Shown here in pieces: positions 30,767 to 39,922 of a DNA stretch of 64,000 nucleotides; the first letter of the stretch is position 1, and every line of letters begins with the position of its first letter. Source of the stretch: Spirochaetia bacterium (GTDB lineage Bacteria; Spirochaetota; Spirochaetia; UBA9216); contig OZ223269.1 in NCBI GenBank assembly GCA_965140585.1, positions 128,001 to 192,000 on the forward strand, in the 5' to 3' direction. The notes beneath the pieces were generated by a model. The model saw only the letters and a program-made list of their open reading frames with translations, did no database searches and was not told where the DNA came from. Both the position numbers and the translations under genes were made by a program.

Positions 30767-31445
30767 ATACCCGCATCCGGCAGTTACAGTAGACTGCGTG
30801 GTTTTCGGACTCGATGATAATGAACTTAAGGTTCTGCTGATAAAAAGGCTTCTTGAACCTTTTAAAGACAGCTGGGTTATTCCCGGAGGATTTGTTGGTA
30901 TTGATGAGGATATCCCTGATGCCGCCAAAAGAGAGCTGCGCGAAGAGACAGGTGTTGAAAACATCTACCTTGAAGAGTTCGGTTCATACGGCAGACCCGG
31001 TAGAGATCCCAGGGAACGGGTGATAACTATTGCTTACTTCGCAATCGTCAATCTTTTCGACCATTCAGTAAAGGCTGATACTGATGCAAGTGAGGCTGCC
31101 TGGTTTCCTGTCTCTCAACTTCCACGAACTGCTTTTGATCACGGACAGATTCTAGCTGATGCTCTTTCAAAGCTTCAGCAGAAGGTAAAGCGTCAGCCTC
31201 TTGTATTTGAGTTTCTTCCGGAAGAGTTTACCCTAAGGCAGGTCCAGCATCTGTATGAACTGATACTCGGGACAGTACTTGACCGCAGGAATTTTCAGAA
31301 GAAGCTTCACAAAACAGGAATGCTTATTCCGCTTGAACGCTTTGAACAGGATGTCTCCCATCGTGCGGCAAGGTTTTACCGTTTTGATTATGAAACCTGG
31401 GAGACCCGTAAAGATGATGGATTTCAGGCGATGACAAATTGTTGA
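30753..31445 (+). CDS. nrtR: NrtR-family Nudix-wHTH regulator
   Basis: VTVDCVVF, intact Nudix box GFVGIDEDIPDAAKRELREETG, RDPRERVITIAY, FDH, C-terminal LPEEFTL...YE.IL...DRRNF. Start re-assigned to ATG 30753. Confidence 0.88.
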   Translation: MYQYKYPHPAVTVDCVVFGLDDNELKVLLIKRLLEPFKDSWVIPGGFVGIDEDIPDAAKRELREETGVENIYLEEFGSYGRPGRDPRERVITIAYFAIVNLFDHSVKADTDASEAAWFPVSQLPRTAFDHGQILADALSKLQQKVKRQPLVFEFLPEEFTLRQVQHLYELILGTVLDRRNFQKKLHKTGMLIPLERFEQDVSHRAARFYRFDYETWETRKDDGFQAMTNC

Positions 31446-31453
31446 AGTATGTA

Positions 31454-31696
31454 TGACTACTGATGATATAAAAATCCAGATATTCGGGCAGGATGAGCTG
31501 GTTAAGCATCTGTGACAGGGGAAATCTGTGTATTCCCACTGTATATCGATCACCAACCCTGAATGCAGGTCTCCCGGTGACCCGTGCTGCAGGACGCCGC
31601 CGGCTTTCTGATAGGCATCCGGCGTAATGCCATGCCGCTGAAAAGATCCGTTCTTCTGTTTGATGAGGTGCCGGGCTCAAATCCTTCCGAATTATA
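31454..31696 (+). pseudogene. degraded gene remnant, possibly a protein-tyrosine-phosphatase-like protein
   Basis: MTTDDIKIQIFGQDELVKHL*QGKSVYSHCISITNP..., then in another frame IRRNAMPLKRSVLLFDEVPGSN. Contains stops and a frameshift. Confidence 0.4.
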
Positions 31697-31757
31697 AAAA
31701 TACAATGTTTCGGGAAATGATGAAGGCAATGAGAGCAGAAATGTAATCCGGTTCATT

Positions 31758-31791
31758 AAAAAAGGCTGCTCCGGAAATTCGGAAGCAGCCT
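31758..31791 (-). terminator. intrinsic terminator, possibly bidirectional
   Basis: AGGCTGCT...AGCAGCCT hairpin with an A run on its left. Confidence 0.75.
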
Positions 31792-31816
31792 GTAATGTAA
31801 TCTATTGAAATATTAA

Positions 31817-32218
31817 TCAGTCTGCTGCTGTGAAAACAGTCTCATTCCCGTCAGAATCGGTAAAGGTTATGGCGTCATAAATAACAAGATATTTGCCTTT
31901 CTCCACTGTTAATTCTGAAGTATTTCCTTCAGACGGGAAAAGAGCGAGTGACAGCCATGCTGCATTAATCTGAATTTCAGTCAGAGCTGTCTGAACAAGA
32001 TTATCTGCCTGGTCCACTCCTGTTAATGTTATAGTACTCCCGTCCAGGGTATAACTACCTGTACGTGTAGAGAAGACTGTTGTAGAATCCCAGGTTCCGG
32101 TCATTTCAGCTGTGTAACTTTCTTCATCAGTAAAAGTAAGTTCATAATCAACATTGACTACTGTGGTTCCTGCAGCATATGCCTCGTACATCTCCGCACT
32201 TTTCCATGACTCTGCCAT
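31817..32218 (-). CDS. hypothetical acidic, Thr-rich beta-strand protein
   Basis: 133-aa ORF with TGSYTLDGSTITLTG, a lipoprotein/lipocalin-like pattern; terminator downstream; no signal peptide visible. Confidence 0.65.
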   Translation of the reverse strand: MAESWKSAEMYEAYAAGTTVVNVDYELTFTDEESYTAEMTGTWDSTTVFSTRTGSYTLDGSTITLTGVDQADNLVQTALTEIQINAAWLSLALFPSEGNTSELTVEKGKYLVIYDAITFTDSDGNETVFTAAD

Positions 32219-32428
32219 AGACTGTAATATAAACTGTTTATTTTATCAAAAAAAAAATCGATTATATTTATCTATTCGCACAGATATCTTTGACTGCTGC
32301 ATTTTTTGGATGTATAAGAGGTATTGCCATTAAGTTGAATTAATTCAGAAAATATGCGAATATTCCCTCAAAATAATGATTTACATCTAAGCTTTAATAC
32401 GGCTTACGGATTCATAAGGAGACTTTAA

Positions 32429-34201
32429 ATGCGATTCTCACAGATATTCGGACATACACTTAAGGAAGCGCCTTCAGATGCTCAGGCGGTCTCTCATCAG
32501 TATTTAATCCGCGGAGGCTACATACACCAGGTTGCCGCCGGACTATTTTCATATCTGCCTCTCGCAAGAAGAGTTCTCAATAAAATTGAAAGAATAATGC
32601 ATGATGAAATGGCAAAGATCGGCGGGCAGGAGATAACAATGCCTGTTGTTCTTCCTGCAGATATGTGGAAGGATTCAGGCCGATGGTATCAGATCGGCTC
32701 GGAGATGACCCGCCTTAAGGACAGAAAAGACCATGATATGGTGCTCGCAATGACTCACGAGGAAGCCCTCTGTGATCTTGCTAAAAAATATATACGTTCA
32801 TACAAGGAAATGCCGTCACTTGTTTATCACATCCAGACCAAATGGCGTGATGACCCCAGACCCCGTGCCGGACTTATTCGTGTGCGTGAGTTCAAGATGA
32901 AGGACTCCTACAGTATGGATACCAGCTGGGAAGGTCTTGATAAGCAGTACAGAGCCCACTACCAGGCTTATTTTGATATTTTCCGCCGATGCGGGCTTGA
33001 TGCCATTGCGGTTAAATCTGATACCGGAATGATGGGCGGAAAGATTGCCCACGAGTTTATGTATCTTACCCCTATTGGTGAGGATACAATTATCTACTGT
33101 GACAGCTGCGGCTATAATTCAAACCGCCAGGTTGCCGAGTTTGCAAAAGATAAACCTGAACAGGAAGCTTTGGCTGAAACAGAAAAGGTTGAAACTCCGG
33201 ACTGTAAGACCATCGCGGATCTTGCAGCTTTTCTGAAAATCCCCGAGTCAAAGACCGCAAAGGCCGTGTTTATGGTTGCGACCGTGATGGAAGACAATGA
33301 GGAAAAGGAACAGTTTGTTCTGGCGGTTCTCCGCGGTGACATGGAACTCAACGAAACAAAGCTTGCCAATGCCGTACAGGCAAAAGACCTCAGGCCTGCC
33401 CATGAGGATGAAATTAAGCAGCGAGGTTCAGTTCCCGGATACGGCTCACCAATCGGCGTGAAAGACGCTCTGGTCGTCGTTGACGATCTTGTAGCTGAGT
33501 CTCCTAACCTTGTTGCGGGCGCTAATGAGGAAGGATATCATCTTCTCAATGTGAATTGCGGACGCGACTATAAGGCTGACATTGTTACTGATATAGCTGC
33601 TGCAGATAAGGGCCATAAGTGTATCGAATGCGGTGCGGTCCTCAAAGCCGAGAAAGCTGTAGAGGTTGGAAATATCTTTAAGCTCGGAACAAGGTATTCC
33701 GAATCAATGGGATGTCTCTACCAGGACCAGAATGGAGAACTGCAGCCGATAATAATGGGTTCCTACGGAATAGGAGTAGGGCGGCTTCTAAGCTGTGTGG
33801 TTGAGCAGCATCATGATGATCACGGAATCATCTGGCCGGTAAGTATTGCCCCCTTCCAGGTGCATGTAGTTCTTCTTCATGACAGAAAGGGAACCGAAGC
33901 TCAGGATGTTGCAGAAAAACTTTATGAAGATCTGCAAGCCGCCGGAATTGAGGTTCTGTTTGATGACAGACAGGAAAGCCCCGGGAGCAAGTTTAATGAT
34001 GCTGATCTTATCGGTATTCCGCTTAGAATTACTGTAGGCCGCAGAGCTCTTGAAAAAGGCGGACTGGAGTTTAAATACAGACAGGGCGGAGATGCCGAGA
34101 TAGTTCCCCTGGCGGATATCATTACAAAATGCAAATCTGCAGTTGCCGAACTTGAAAACGGAATCAAAGACTCTATTATCAAGGTAGAATATAAGGACTG
34201 A
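32429..34201 (+). CDS. proS: proline--tRNA ligase (with editing domain)
   Basis: THEE, KWRDDPRPRAGLIRVREF, EVGNIFKLG, GSYGIGVGR. Confidence 0.97.
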   Translation: MRFSQIFGHTLKEAPSDAQAVSHQYLIRGGYIHQVAAGLFSYLPLARRVLNKIERIMHDEMAKIGGQEITMPVVLPADMWKDSGRWYQIGSEMTRLKDRKDHDMVLAMTHEEALCDLAKKYIRSYKEMPSLVYHIQTKWRDDPRPRAGLIRVREFKMKDSYSMDTSWEGLDKQYRAHYQAYFDIFRRCGLDAIAVKSDTGMMGGKIAHEFMYLTPIGEDTIIYCDSCGYNSNRQVAEFAKDKPEQEALAETEKVETPDCKTIADLAAFLKIPESKTAKAVFMVATVMEDNEEKEQFVLAVLRGDMELNETKLANAVQAKDLRPAHEDEIKQRGSVPGYGSPIGVKDALVVVDDLVAESPNLVAGANEEGYHLLNVNCGRDYKADIVTDIAAADKGHKCIECGAVLKAEKAVEVGNIFKLGTRYSESMGCLYQDQNGELQPIIMGSYGIGVGRLLSCVVEQHHDDHGIIWPVSIAPFQVHVVLLHDRKGTEAQDVAEKLYEDLQAAGIEVLFDDRQESPGSKFNDADLIGIPLRITVGRRALEKGGLEFKYRQGGDAEIVPLADIITKCKSAVAELENGIKDSIIKVEYKD

Positions 34202-34229
34202 CCGGACTAATCAGAAAGGTGACCGACGG

Positions 34230-35357
34230 TCAGAATAAATCATCCCAGATGATGCCCTGACCGTTGCCGACACCTCTTTTAACCTTCTTTCCGATAAGCA
34301 TATCGTAATATTCAGGCCCGAGTCCGGGTCTGAGAACTTTTTCTGTTCTAAGAATAACCATATTATCAGGTCCCAGAACCTCACCGCGTTTCAACTTTCT
34401 ACCAGCGTGGATGGAGCGGTTTGTTGTTGTATAGTTTGCTTCTTCAGAGGGGGCAAGATGCTTTATACCGTCGCCGCTGACTTCTTCAACCAGATCTTTT
34501 CCAAACCGGTCACATAGAAAAGTGTACGCCGCATCAGATTCCGGCATGAGATTTTCAACTTCCCTGACTGCATCAGTCATCTGCCGGAACGTTTCAGGAA
34601 CCAGAGCTATTGGATCATCGAGACCTTTTCCCTCTTTTGAAAGGGTGAAATGCTTTTCTATTGCAACCGCTCCGAAATAAGTCGCTATGGACGGCACTAT
34701 TAAAGGATTAGTGCTGTGATCCGAGATCCCCACCGGAATGCCGAGTATTGCATTGAGATTTTTTATGAGCCTAACGTTGTATTCAATTTCAGGTGCTGGG
34801 TAGGATGTTATGCAGTGAAGAAGTATTGTCCTTTCAATACCGCTGATAAGCAGAGCTTTTTCAATATCTCCGAGTGTCGAAACACCCGAGGAAAGAAGCA
34901 TCAGTTCGTCGCCTGCTGCGGCTTCCCTTATGAGTGGAAAGTGATTAAGCTCGGGTGAGGCTATCTTGATAATACTGCAGCCGATTTCACGCATCAGTGC
35001 AAGGCTTCTTGTCCCGAAAGGCGAGGCACAGAACAGAAGGCCCTTTTTCTCGGCTCTTTCTTTCATCTTTAAAAAGAAATCTTTTCCCTGTTCAAGGCTC
35101 CGGAATACATCAAAAAGGGGTGTACTTCCTCCGGGGAGGGGCACATAGCCAGTATCCGGATGTATTATCTCATCAGCAAATATTATCTGTGTTTTAAGGC
35201 AGTCAGCACCAGATTCAGCTGCTGCATCTACAAGCTCCAGAGCTTTGGACAGATCACCGTTATGTGCTGATCCTGTTTCGGCAATTATGAGAACATTATC
35301 CGGCAGCGCGGCCGGTATTTCTGATTTAGTTTCCGCCGTTGTTTTCTGTTTTTTCAT
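34230..35357 (-). CDS. NeuB/SpsE-family nonulosonate synthase with SAF domain
   Basis: IIAETGSAHNGD, KIASPE, LHCITSYP, SDH, IEKHFTL. Confidence 0.88.
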   Translation of the reverse strand: MKKQKTTAETKSEIPAALPDNVLIIAETGSAHNGDLSKALELVDAAAESGADCLKTQIIFADEIIHPDTGYVPLPGGSTPLFDVFRSLEQGKDFFLKMKERAEKKGLLFCASPFGTRSLALMREIGCSIIKIASPELNHFPLIREAAAGDELMLLSSGVSTLGDIEKALLISGIERTILLHCITSYPAPEIEYNVRLIKNLNAILGIPVGISDHSTNPLIVPSIATYFGAVAIEKHFTLSKEGKGLDDPIALVPETFRQMTDAVREVENLMPESDAAYTFLCDRFGKDLVEEVSGDGIKHLAPSEEANYTTTNRSIHAGRKLKRGEVLGPDNMVILRTEKVLRPGLGPEYYDMLIGKKVKRGVGNGQGIIWDDLF

Positions 35358-36765
35358 CCATTAACCTGAACTTAAGCTCAGCTAGATTATCGGACAAAGA
35401 TACCTTATAAATGTGCGGATTTATTAATCTTTTGAAAGTTCTGTCCAGAAATTTAAGATCTTTTATCACTTTTTCCCGAATTTCAGGAAGTTCGGGATTT
35501 TTCAGGCATACTCTGCCGTTTTCAAGCCGCTTTTTGAGCATTGGCACAATTGACCCGTAATCAGCCACAGTCATCGATTTATACCGGTACATAGGGTGGT
35601 TAAAACGGTATTTTCTGTCATCCGAGATATCCTCTTCATGCAGACTTATCAGGTCGGCAATGGGGACATTTCGTTTATCATAAAACCGGTAAAGCTGTTT
35701 TATTCCGGGATTTGTCGTTTTTTCAGGATTATTTGAAAGCTTGATCGTCGGGATAAGTTCTCCATGCTGTTCTCTGGCAACAAGTTTATAGACACCGGTT
35801 AGAGATGAATCTTCGCCTCCGGTTACTAGCTGGGTTCCGACTCCCCATGAATTGATGGGGGCACCGTTTGTTACAAGTTCACGGACTATGTGTTCATTAA
35901 GATCATTTGAAACTGCGATTATTGCATCCTTCAGTCCGGCAGCATCAAGTTTTTCACGGACACGTTCACTAAGGTACTGAAGGTCTCCGCTGTCCAGGCG
36001 GACTCCGAAGTTTTTACCCTGATCCTGAAGTTCTTTTCCGACAATGATTGCGTTTTCTATACCGCTTCCTAAAGTGTCATAGGTATCAATCAGAAGAATT
36101 ACCTTATTAGGATACAGCTCAGCGTAGGCCCTGAAGGCTTCAAGTTCAGATTCGAATGCCATTACCCAGGAATGAGCCATGGTGCCGGTTACTGGAATTC
36201 CGTACTGTCTGCCGGCGAAGGTGTTTGATGTAGCAGTTGCTCCGCCTATAAAAGCCGCCCTTGCCGCTGATAATGAACCGTCCACACCCTGAGCGCGTCT
36301 GAGTCCGAATTCCATTATATTCCCTCCGCCGCTGGCGTTGTAAATCCTGGAACTCTTTGTTGCGATAAGGGTTTGAAAATTAACCGTGTTGAGAAGCATG
36401 CTTTCAATAAGCTGGGCCTCTATAAGGTTTGCCCGTACCGATATAAGCGGTTCATTGGGAAATACTATGGAGCCTTCATCAACTGCTGAAAGCTCACCTG
36501 TGAATCTGAAGTCCTTCAGAAAGTACAGAAAATCCTCGCCGAAGGTTCCCAGGGTTCTGAGGTATTCGATATCGTGTTTTGAGAATTGAAGTGAAGCAAG
36601 CCTGTCAACCAGATTACCAAGTCCGGCAAAAACCGAATACCCGCCCTGAAAAGGATTTTTTCTGAAAAACATCTCGAAGGCGACCTGCGGATTTCTATCC
36701 TGCAGGAAGTACCCCTGCATCATTGTCAGCTCATAAAGGTCGGTTAACAGGGCTGATTTATACAT
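35326..36765 (-). CDS. pncB: nicotinate phosphoribosyltransferase
   Basis: LLTDLYELTM, EFGLRRAQ, GTMAHSW, DTYD, VRLDSGD. Confidence 0.95.
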   Translation of the reverse strand: MYKSALLTDLYELTMMQGYFLQDRNPQVAFEMFFRKNPFQGGYSVFAGLGNLVDRLASLQFSKHDIEYLRTLGTFGEDFLYFLKDFRFTGELSAVDEGSIVFPNEPLISVRANLIEAQLIESMLLNTVNFQTLIATKSSRIYNASGGGNIMEFGLRRAQGVDGSLSAARAAFIGGATATSNTFAGRQYGIPVTGTMAHSWVMAFESELEAFRAYAELYPNKVILLIDTYDTLGSGIENAIIVGKELQDQGKNFGVRLDSGDLQYLSERVREKLDAAGLKDAIIAVSNDLNEHIVRELVTNGAPINSWGVGTQLVTGGEDSSLTGVYKLVAREQHGELIPTIKLSNNPEKTTNPGIKQLYRFYDKRNVPIADLISLHEEDISDDRKYRFNHPMYRYKSMTVADYGSIVPMLKKRLENGRVCLKNPELPEIREKVIKDLKFLDRTFKRLINPHIYKVSLSDNLAELKFRLMDEKTENNGGN

Positions 36766-38039
36766 TATTTCCTGCTTATCTTATCAAAACCGGTATAAGG
36801 CACAAGTTTTTCAGGAATTCTGATTGAACCGTCTTCCTGCTGGAAGTTTTCAAGGATGGCTACTATGGCTCTTGAGACGGCAATAGCTGTTCCGTTGAGC
36901 ATATGAACATGTTTGTTTTTGTCTCCGTCCCTGTAGCGTATACCGAGCCTTCTTGCCTGGTAATCGGTACAGTTTGAAGTACTTGTAACCTCTCCCCATT
37001 CTCCGTCTTCACCACGGCCGGGCATCCATGCTTCAAGGTCGTATTTCCTGTAGGCAGGTGCTCCAAGGTCTCCGGTACATGTATCTACAACCCGGAATGG
37101 AATCTCAAGGCTGCTGAATATTTCTTCTTCAATGGCTCGCAGTTCCTGATGGTACTGTTCTGATTCTTCAGGTTTACAGAAGATGAACATCTCAACCTTT
37201 GAAAACTGGTGTACCCTGTACAGTCCCTTTGAATACTGTCCGGCACCGCCTGCTTCACGTCTGAAACAGTGCGATAAACCCGCCATTTTAATGGGCATTT
37301 TTTCAGTATCGAGGATTTCGTTGGAGTAGTATCCTCCGAGTGTAATTTCGGCTGTACCGACAAGACAGGTCCCTGTTCCTTCAAGGTTATATATATTTGA
37401 TTCTGCACCTCTGGGGTTGAATCCGATACCTTCAAGGACTTCCTCTTTGGCTATATCCGGAGTGATAGTAGGTGTAAATCCTTTTTTAACAAGGATATCG
37501 AGTGCATACCTGCTGAGGGCAAGTTCAAGCATTACTGCTTCATTCTTAAGGTAGTAGAATTTAGGTCCGGTTACCTTGGCTGCAGTATCGAAATCGATAA
37601 GATCAAGTTCCGCACCTATTTCAACATGATCTTTCGGTTTGAAACTGAATTGCGGAACAGTTCCAACACGCTTGATTTCAAGGTTGTCCTTATCTTCCTT
37701 ACCAACCGGAGCATCAGGATGAGCCATGTTCGGAACTTTGGCTGCTTCAGTGTTAAGTTCAGTTTCAACAGAACCAAGCTCGCCTTCAACAGATGCAATC
37801 TGTTCCTTAAGCTTCTTACCTTCTTCAATAAGGGTATTCCGCTCATTCTGCTCAAGTTTGCCCTTCATCTTTTTAGCGTTTTCATTACGCTGCTGTCTGA
37901 GGGTGTCTGCCTCAATGATCAGCTGATTCCGGCGGTCATATAATTCAATAACGCGGTCAACATCCACTTCCATAAAGCGGTTTTTTACGTTCGCCTTTAC
38001 CGCGTCGGCGTTTTCTTTGATAAATCGTAAGTCCAGCAT
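36765..38039 (-). CDS. serS: serine--tRNA ligase
   Basis: MLD..., GTAE, FRREAG, RVHQFSKVE, SNCTDYQARRL, LNGT. Confidence 0.97.
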   Translation of the reverse strand: MLDLRFIKENADAVKANVKNRFMEVDVDRVIELYDRRNQLIIEADTLRQQRNENAKKMKGKLEQNERNTLIEEGKKLKEQIASVEGELGSVETELNTEAAKVPNMAHPDAPVGKEDKDNLEIKRVGTVPQFSFKPKDHVEIGAELDLIDFDTAAKVTGPKFYYLKNEAVMLELALSRYALDILVKKGFTPTITPDIAKEEVLEGIGFNPRGAESNIYNLEGTGTCLVGTAEITLGGYYSNEILDTEKMPIKMAGLSHCFRREAGGAGQYSKGLYRVHQFSKVEMFIFCKPEESEQYHQELRAIEEEIFSSLEIPFRVVDTCTGDLGAPAYRKYDLEAWMPGRGEDGEWGEVTSTSNCTDYQARRLGIRYRDGDKNKHVHMLNGTAIAVSRAIVAILENFQQEDGSIRIPEKLVPYTGFDKISRK

Positions 38040-38058
38040 GCATAAGAGGATACAGATC

Positions 38059-38071
38059 TAATGTCTGACAG
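38059..38071 (+). repeat. 13-bp direct repeat, copy 1 (TAATGTCTGACAG)
   Basis: Identical copy at 40441-40453. Confidence 0.85.
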
Positions 38072-38113
38072 TCAAGATAGCATGATTGCATATTATCAAG
38101 TCTGCAGGCTTGA

Positions 38114-38146
38114 TGTTGATAAAAGCAACAGTTGACAATAGCAACT
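38114..38146. promoter_or_regulatory. tandem palindromic operators GTTG-N7-CAAC over the -35 of marR-hgcAB
   Basis: TGTTGATAAAAGCAACA at 38114-38130 and AGTTGACAATAGCAACT at 38130-38146; TTGACA at 38132. Confidence 0.75.
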
Positions 38147-38167
38147 AAAAGTGCATATATGAAATCC

Positions 38168-38632
38168 ATGGAATCAAATTATGATATCAGAGCTTTCAGA
38201 CACGATTTGAGACGTCTTGAACGTTTTCTTGTAACAAATCTGAAGAGTAATTCAAGCTGCTGCGGTGTAACTTTCAACGAATGCCATATTCTTCTAAGGG
38301 TTGAAGAGGCAGGTGACATTACAATTTCGGATATTGTTGATTATCTTGGAGTAGATAAATCGGTGGTTTCAAGAACTGTTGATGCGCTTGTAAAGAAAAA
38401 CTGGCTTTTAAGAAATGAATCCATCTCTGACAGAAGAACAAGCACCGTTTCTCTTAGTGATGATGGAAAGATTTTTCTGAAAGGATTGAACAGTCAGTGT
38501 GACGATTTTTACATGCCGGTACTTGAAAATATCTCATCTGATAAATTAATTACTGTTATCGATGCCGTAGCAGCACTTTGTGATGCCTTTGAGTCTGCTG
38601 AAATCGACAGGAGCTGCACATGCCGGAAGTAA
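38168..38632 (+). CDS. Cys-rich MarR-family regulator
   Basis: SSCCGVTFNECH, HTH LGVDKSVVSRTVDALV, DRR wing, C-terminal CTC. Start taken at ATG 38168 (or 38159); the TTG used by the ORF track is the -35 box. Confidence 0.88.
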   Translation: MESNYDIRAFRHDLRRLERFLVTNLKSNSSCCGVTFNECHILLRVEEAGDITISDIVDYLGVDKSVVSRTVDALVKKNWLLRNESISDRRTSTVSLSDDGKIFLKGLNSQCDDFYMPVLENISSDKLITVIDAVAALCDAFESAEIDRSCTCRK

Positions 38633-39615
38633 TACAAATCAGCAGTGATATAACTGCTGGAGATATCATCGACAGAATCAGATACCGTCTTGGCATCGGA
38701 AGAATGAAACTGAAGGTTGAGCCCGGGCTGTATTCTCTTAACAAGCCGGATGAGACCTCTCCTGTACTTGTGACTGCCAATCTTAAAGTTCCCCTTGATA
38801 TTCTACGGAAAAACTTAAAAGAGAGGGCTGCATGGATTCTTGTTCTTGATACGATGGGAGTCAACGTCTGGTGTGCTGCAGGAAAGGGCACCTTCGGAAC
38901 CGAAGAATTGATTCACAGGGTTCAGACAGCAGGATTGAAAGAGTTTGTGAAACATAAAAAACTTATAGTGCCTCAGCTCGGTGCACCTGGGGTGAAGGCT
39001 GTTGCCGTTCAGCGTACTACAGGCTTTCGGGTTTTCTTCGGGCCGGTTGCAGCAGCGGATCTGCCGGCTTACCTTGATAATAGTTTAAAGTGTGACGCGG
39101 ATATGCGCCTTAAAAAGTTCCCCTTATCAGAACGGGCTGAACTGGTACCGCTTCAGCTGATTCAGAGCTGGAAGATATTTCTCGGCGTTGCAGCACTTGT
39201 GCTGCTAAGAGAAGCTGCGTCAAAGGGGATTACAGGCATTAATCCTTCGGCAGTGATCATACCGGCACTGATAACAGTAATCTCAGGTGCCGTTCTTACT
39301 CCACTGCTGCTGCCTATTCTGCCCGGAAGAGCATTTTCTGTAAAAGGGGCAGTATCCGGATTTGTAGTCTCTCTGGCTGTTTTCGGTTTCCTTCCTTCAG
39401 AGCTGAGCATTCCTGCGATTATGCAGAATATTGTACTGGCTGCAGCCGGTTCATCGTTTATCGGGATGTGGTTTACAGGCTCATCAACCTTCACATCATT
39501 GTCAGGGGTTAAAAAGGAAATGAAAATTGCTGTGCCTGTTCAAATTACTTTTGCCGGACTGTCCCTGGTTCTGGGGATACTTCCGTCAATACTGCAGAAG
39601 GCGGGTATTTTATGA
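38620..39615 (+). CDS. hgcA: mercury methylation corrinoid protein HgcA
   Basis: Diagnostic cap-helix NVWCAAGK (GVNVWCAAGKGTFG), PQLGAPGV, C-terminal TM helices, FTGSSTFTSLSGVKKEM. Confidence 0.95.
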   Translation: MPEVIQISSDITAGDIIDRIRYRLGIGRMKLKVEPGLYSLNKPDETSPVLVTANLKVPLDILRKNLKERAAWILVLDTMGVNVWCAAGKGTFGTEELIHRVQTAGLKEFVKHKKLIVPQLGAPGVKAVAVQRTTGFRVFFGPVAAADLPAYLDNSLKCDADMRLKKFPLSERAELVPLQLIQSWKIFLGVAALVLLREAASKGITGINPSAVIIPALITVISGAVLTPLLLPILPGRAFSVKGAVSGFVVSLAVFGFLPSELSIPAIMQNIVLAAAGSSFIGMWFTGSSTFTSLSGVKKEMKIAVPVQITFAGLSLVLGILPSILQKAGIL

Positions 39616-39920
39616 AATATTTAAGAAATACAGCAACTATCAAAATCGATTTGCAGAAGTGCACCGGATGTTTAATGTGCATAGAGGTTTGTCCTCATGC
39701 TGTTTTTACAGAGGATGGAAGAAAGGTACGTATCAATGATTCAGATTCCTGTATGGAATGCGGAGCCTGTGTTCTCAACTGTTCGTTCAAGGCTCTTTCG
39801 GTCGATAAGGGGGTCGGATGTGCCGAAGCAGTGTTAAACAGCATGATTAAAGGCGGCGAACCATCATGTGACTGCGGGCCATCCTGCAGCGGTGAAGGTG
39901 GAAAATCTTCCTGCTGCTGA
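39612..39920 (+). CDS. hgcB: mercury methylation ferredoxin HgcB
   Basis: CTGCLMCIEVCPH, CMECGAC, GVGCA and terminal CC; ATGA overlap with hgcA. Confidence 0.95.
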   Translation: MKYLRNTATIKIDLQKCTGCLMCIEVCPHAVFTEDGRKVRINDSDSCMECGACVLNCSFKALSVDKGVGCAEAVLNSMIKGGEPSCDCGPSCSGEGGKSSCC

Positions 39921-39922
39921 TA

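Noticed and set aside
32248-32257. A10 homopolymer as a phase-variable promoter element
   Set aside because: A single tract in AT-rich intergenic DNA with no supporting evidence.
38620-39615. CO dehydrogenase/acetyl-CoA synthase corrinoid subunit (CdhD/AcsC)
   Set aside because: The Cys-containing NVWCAAGK motif, TM tail and adjacent hgcB identify it as HgcA; no Wood-Ljungdahl genes are nearby.
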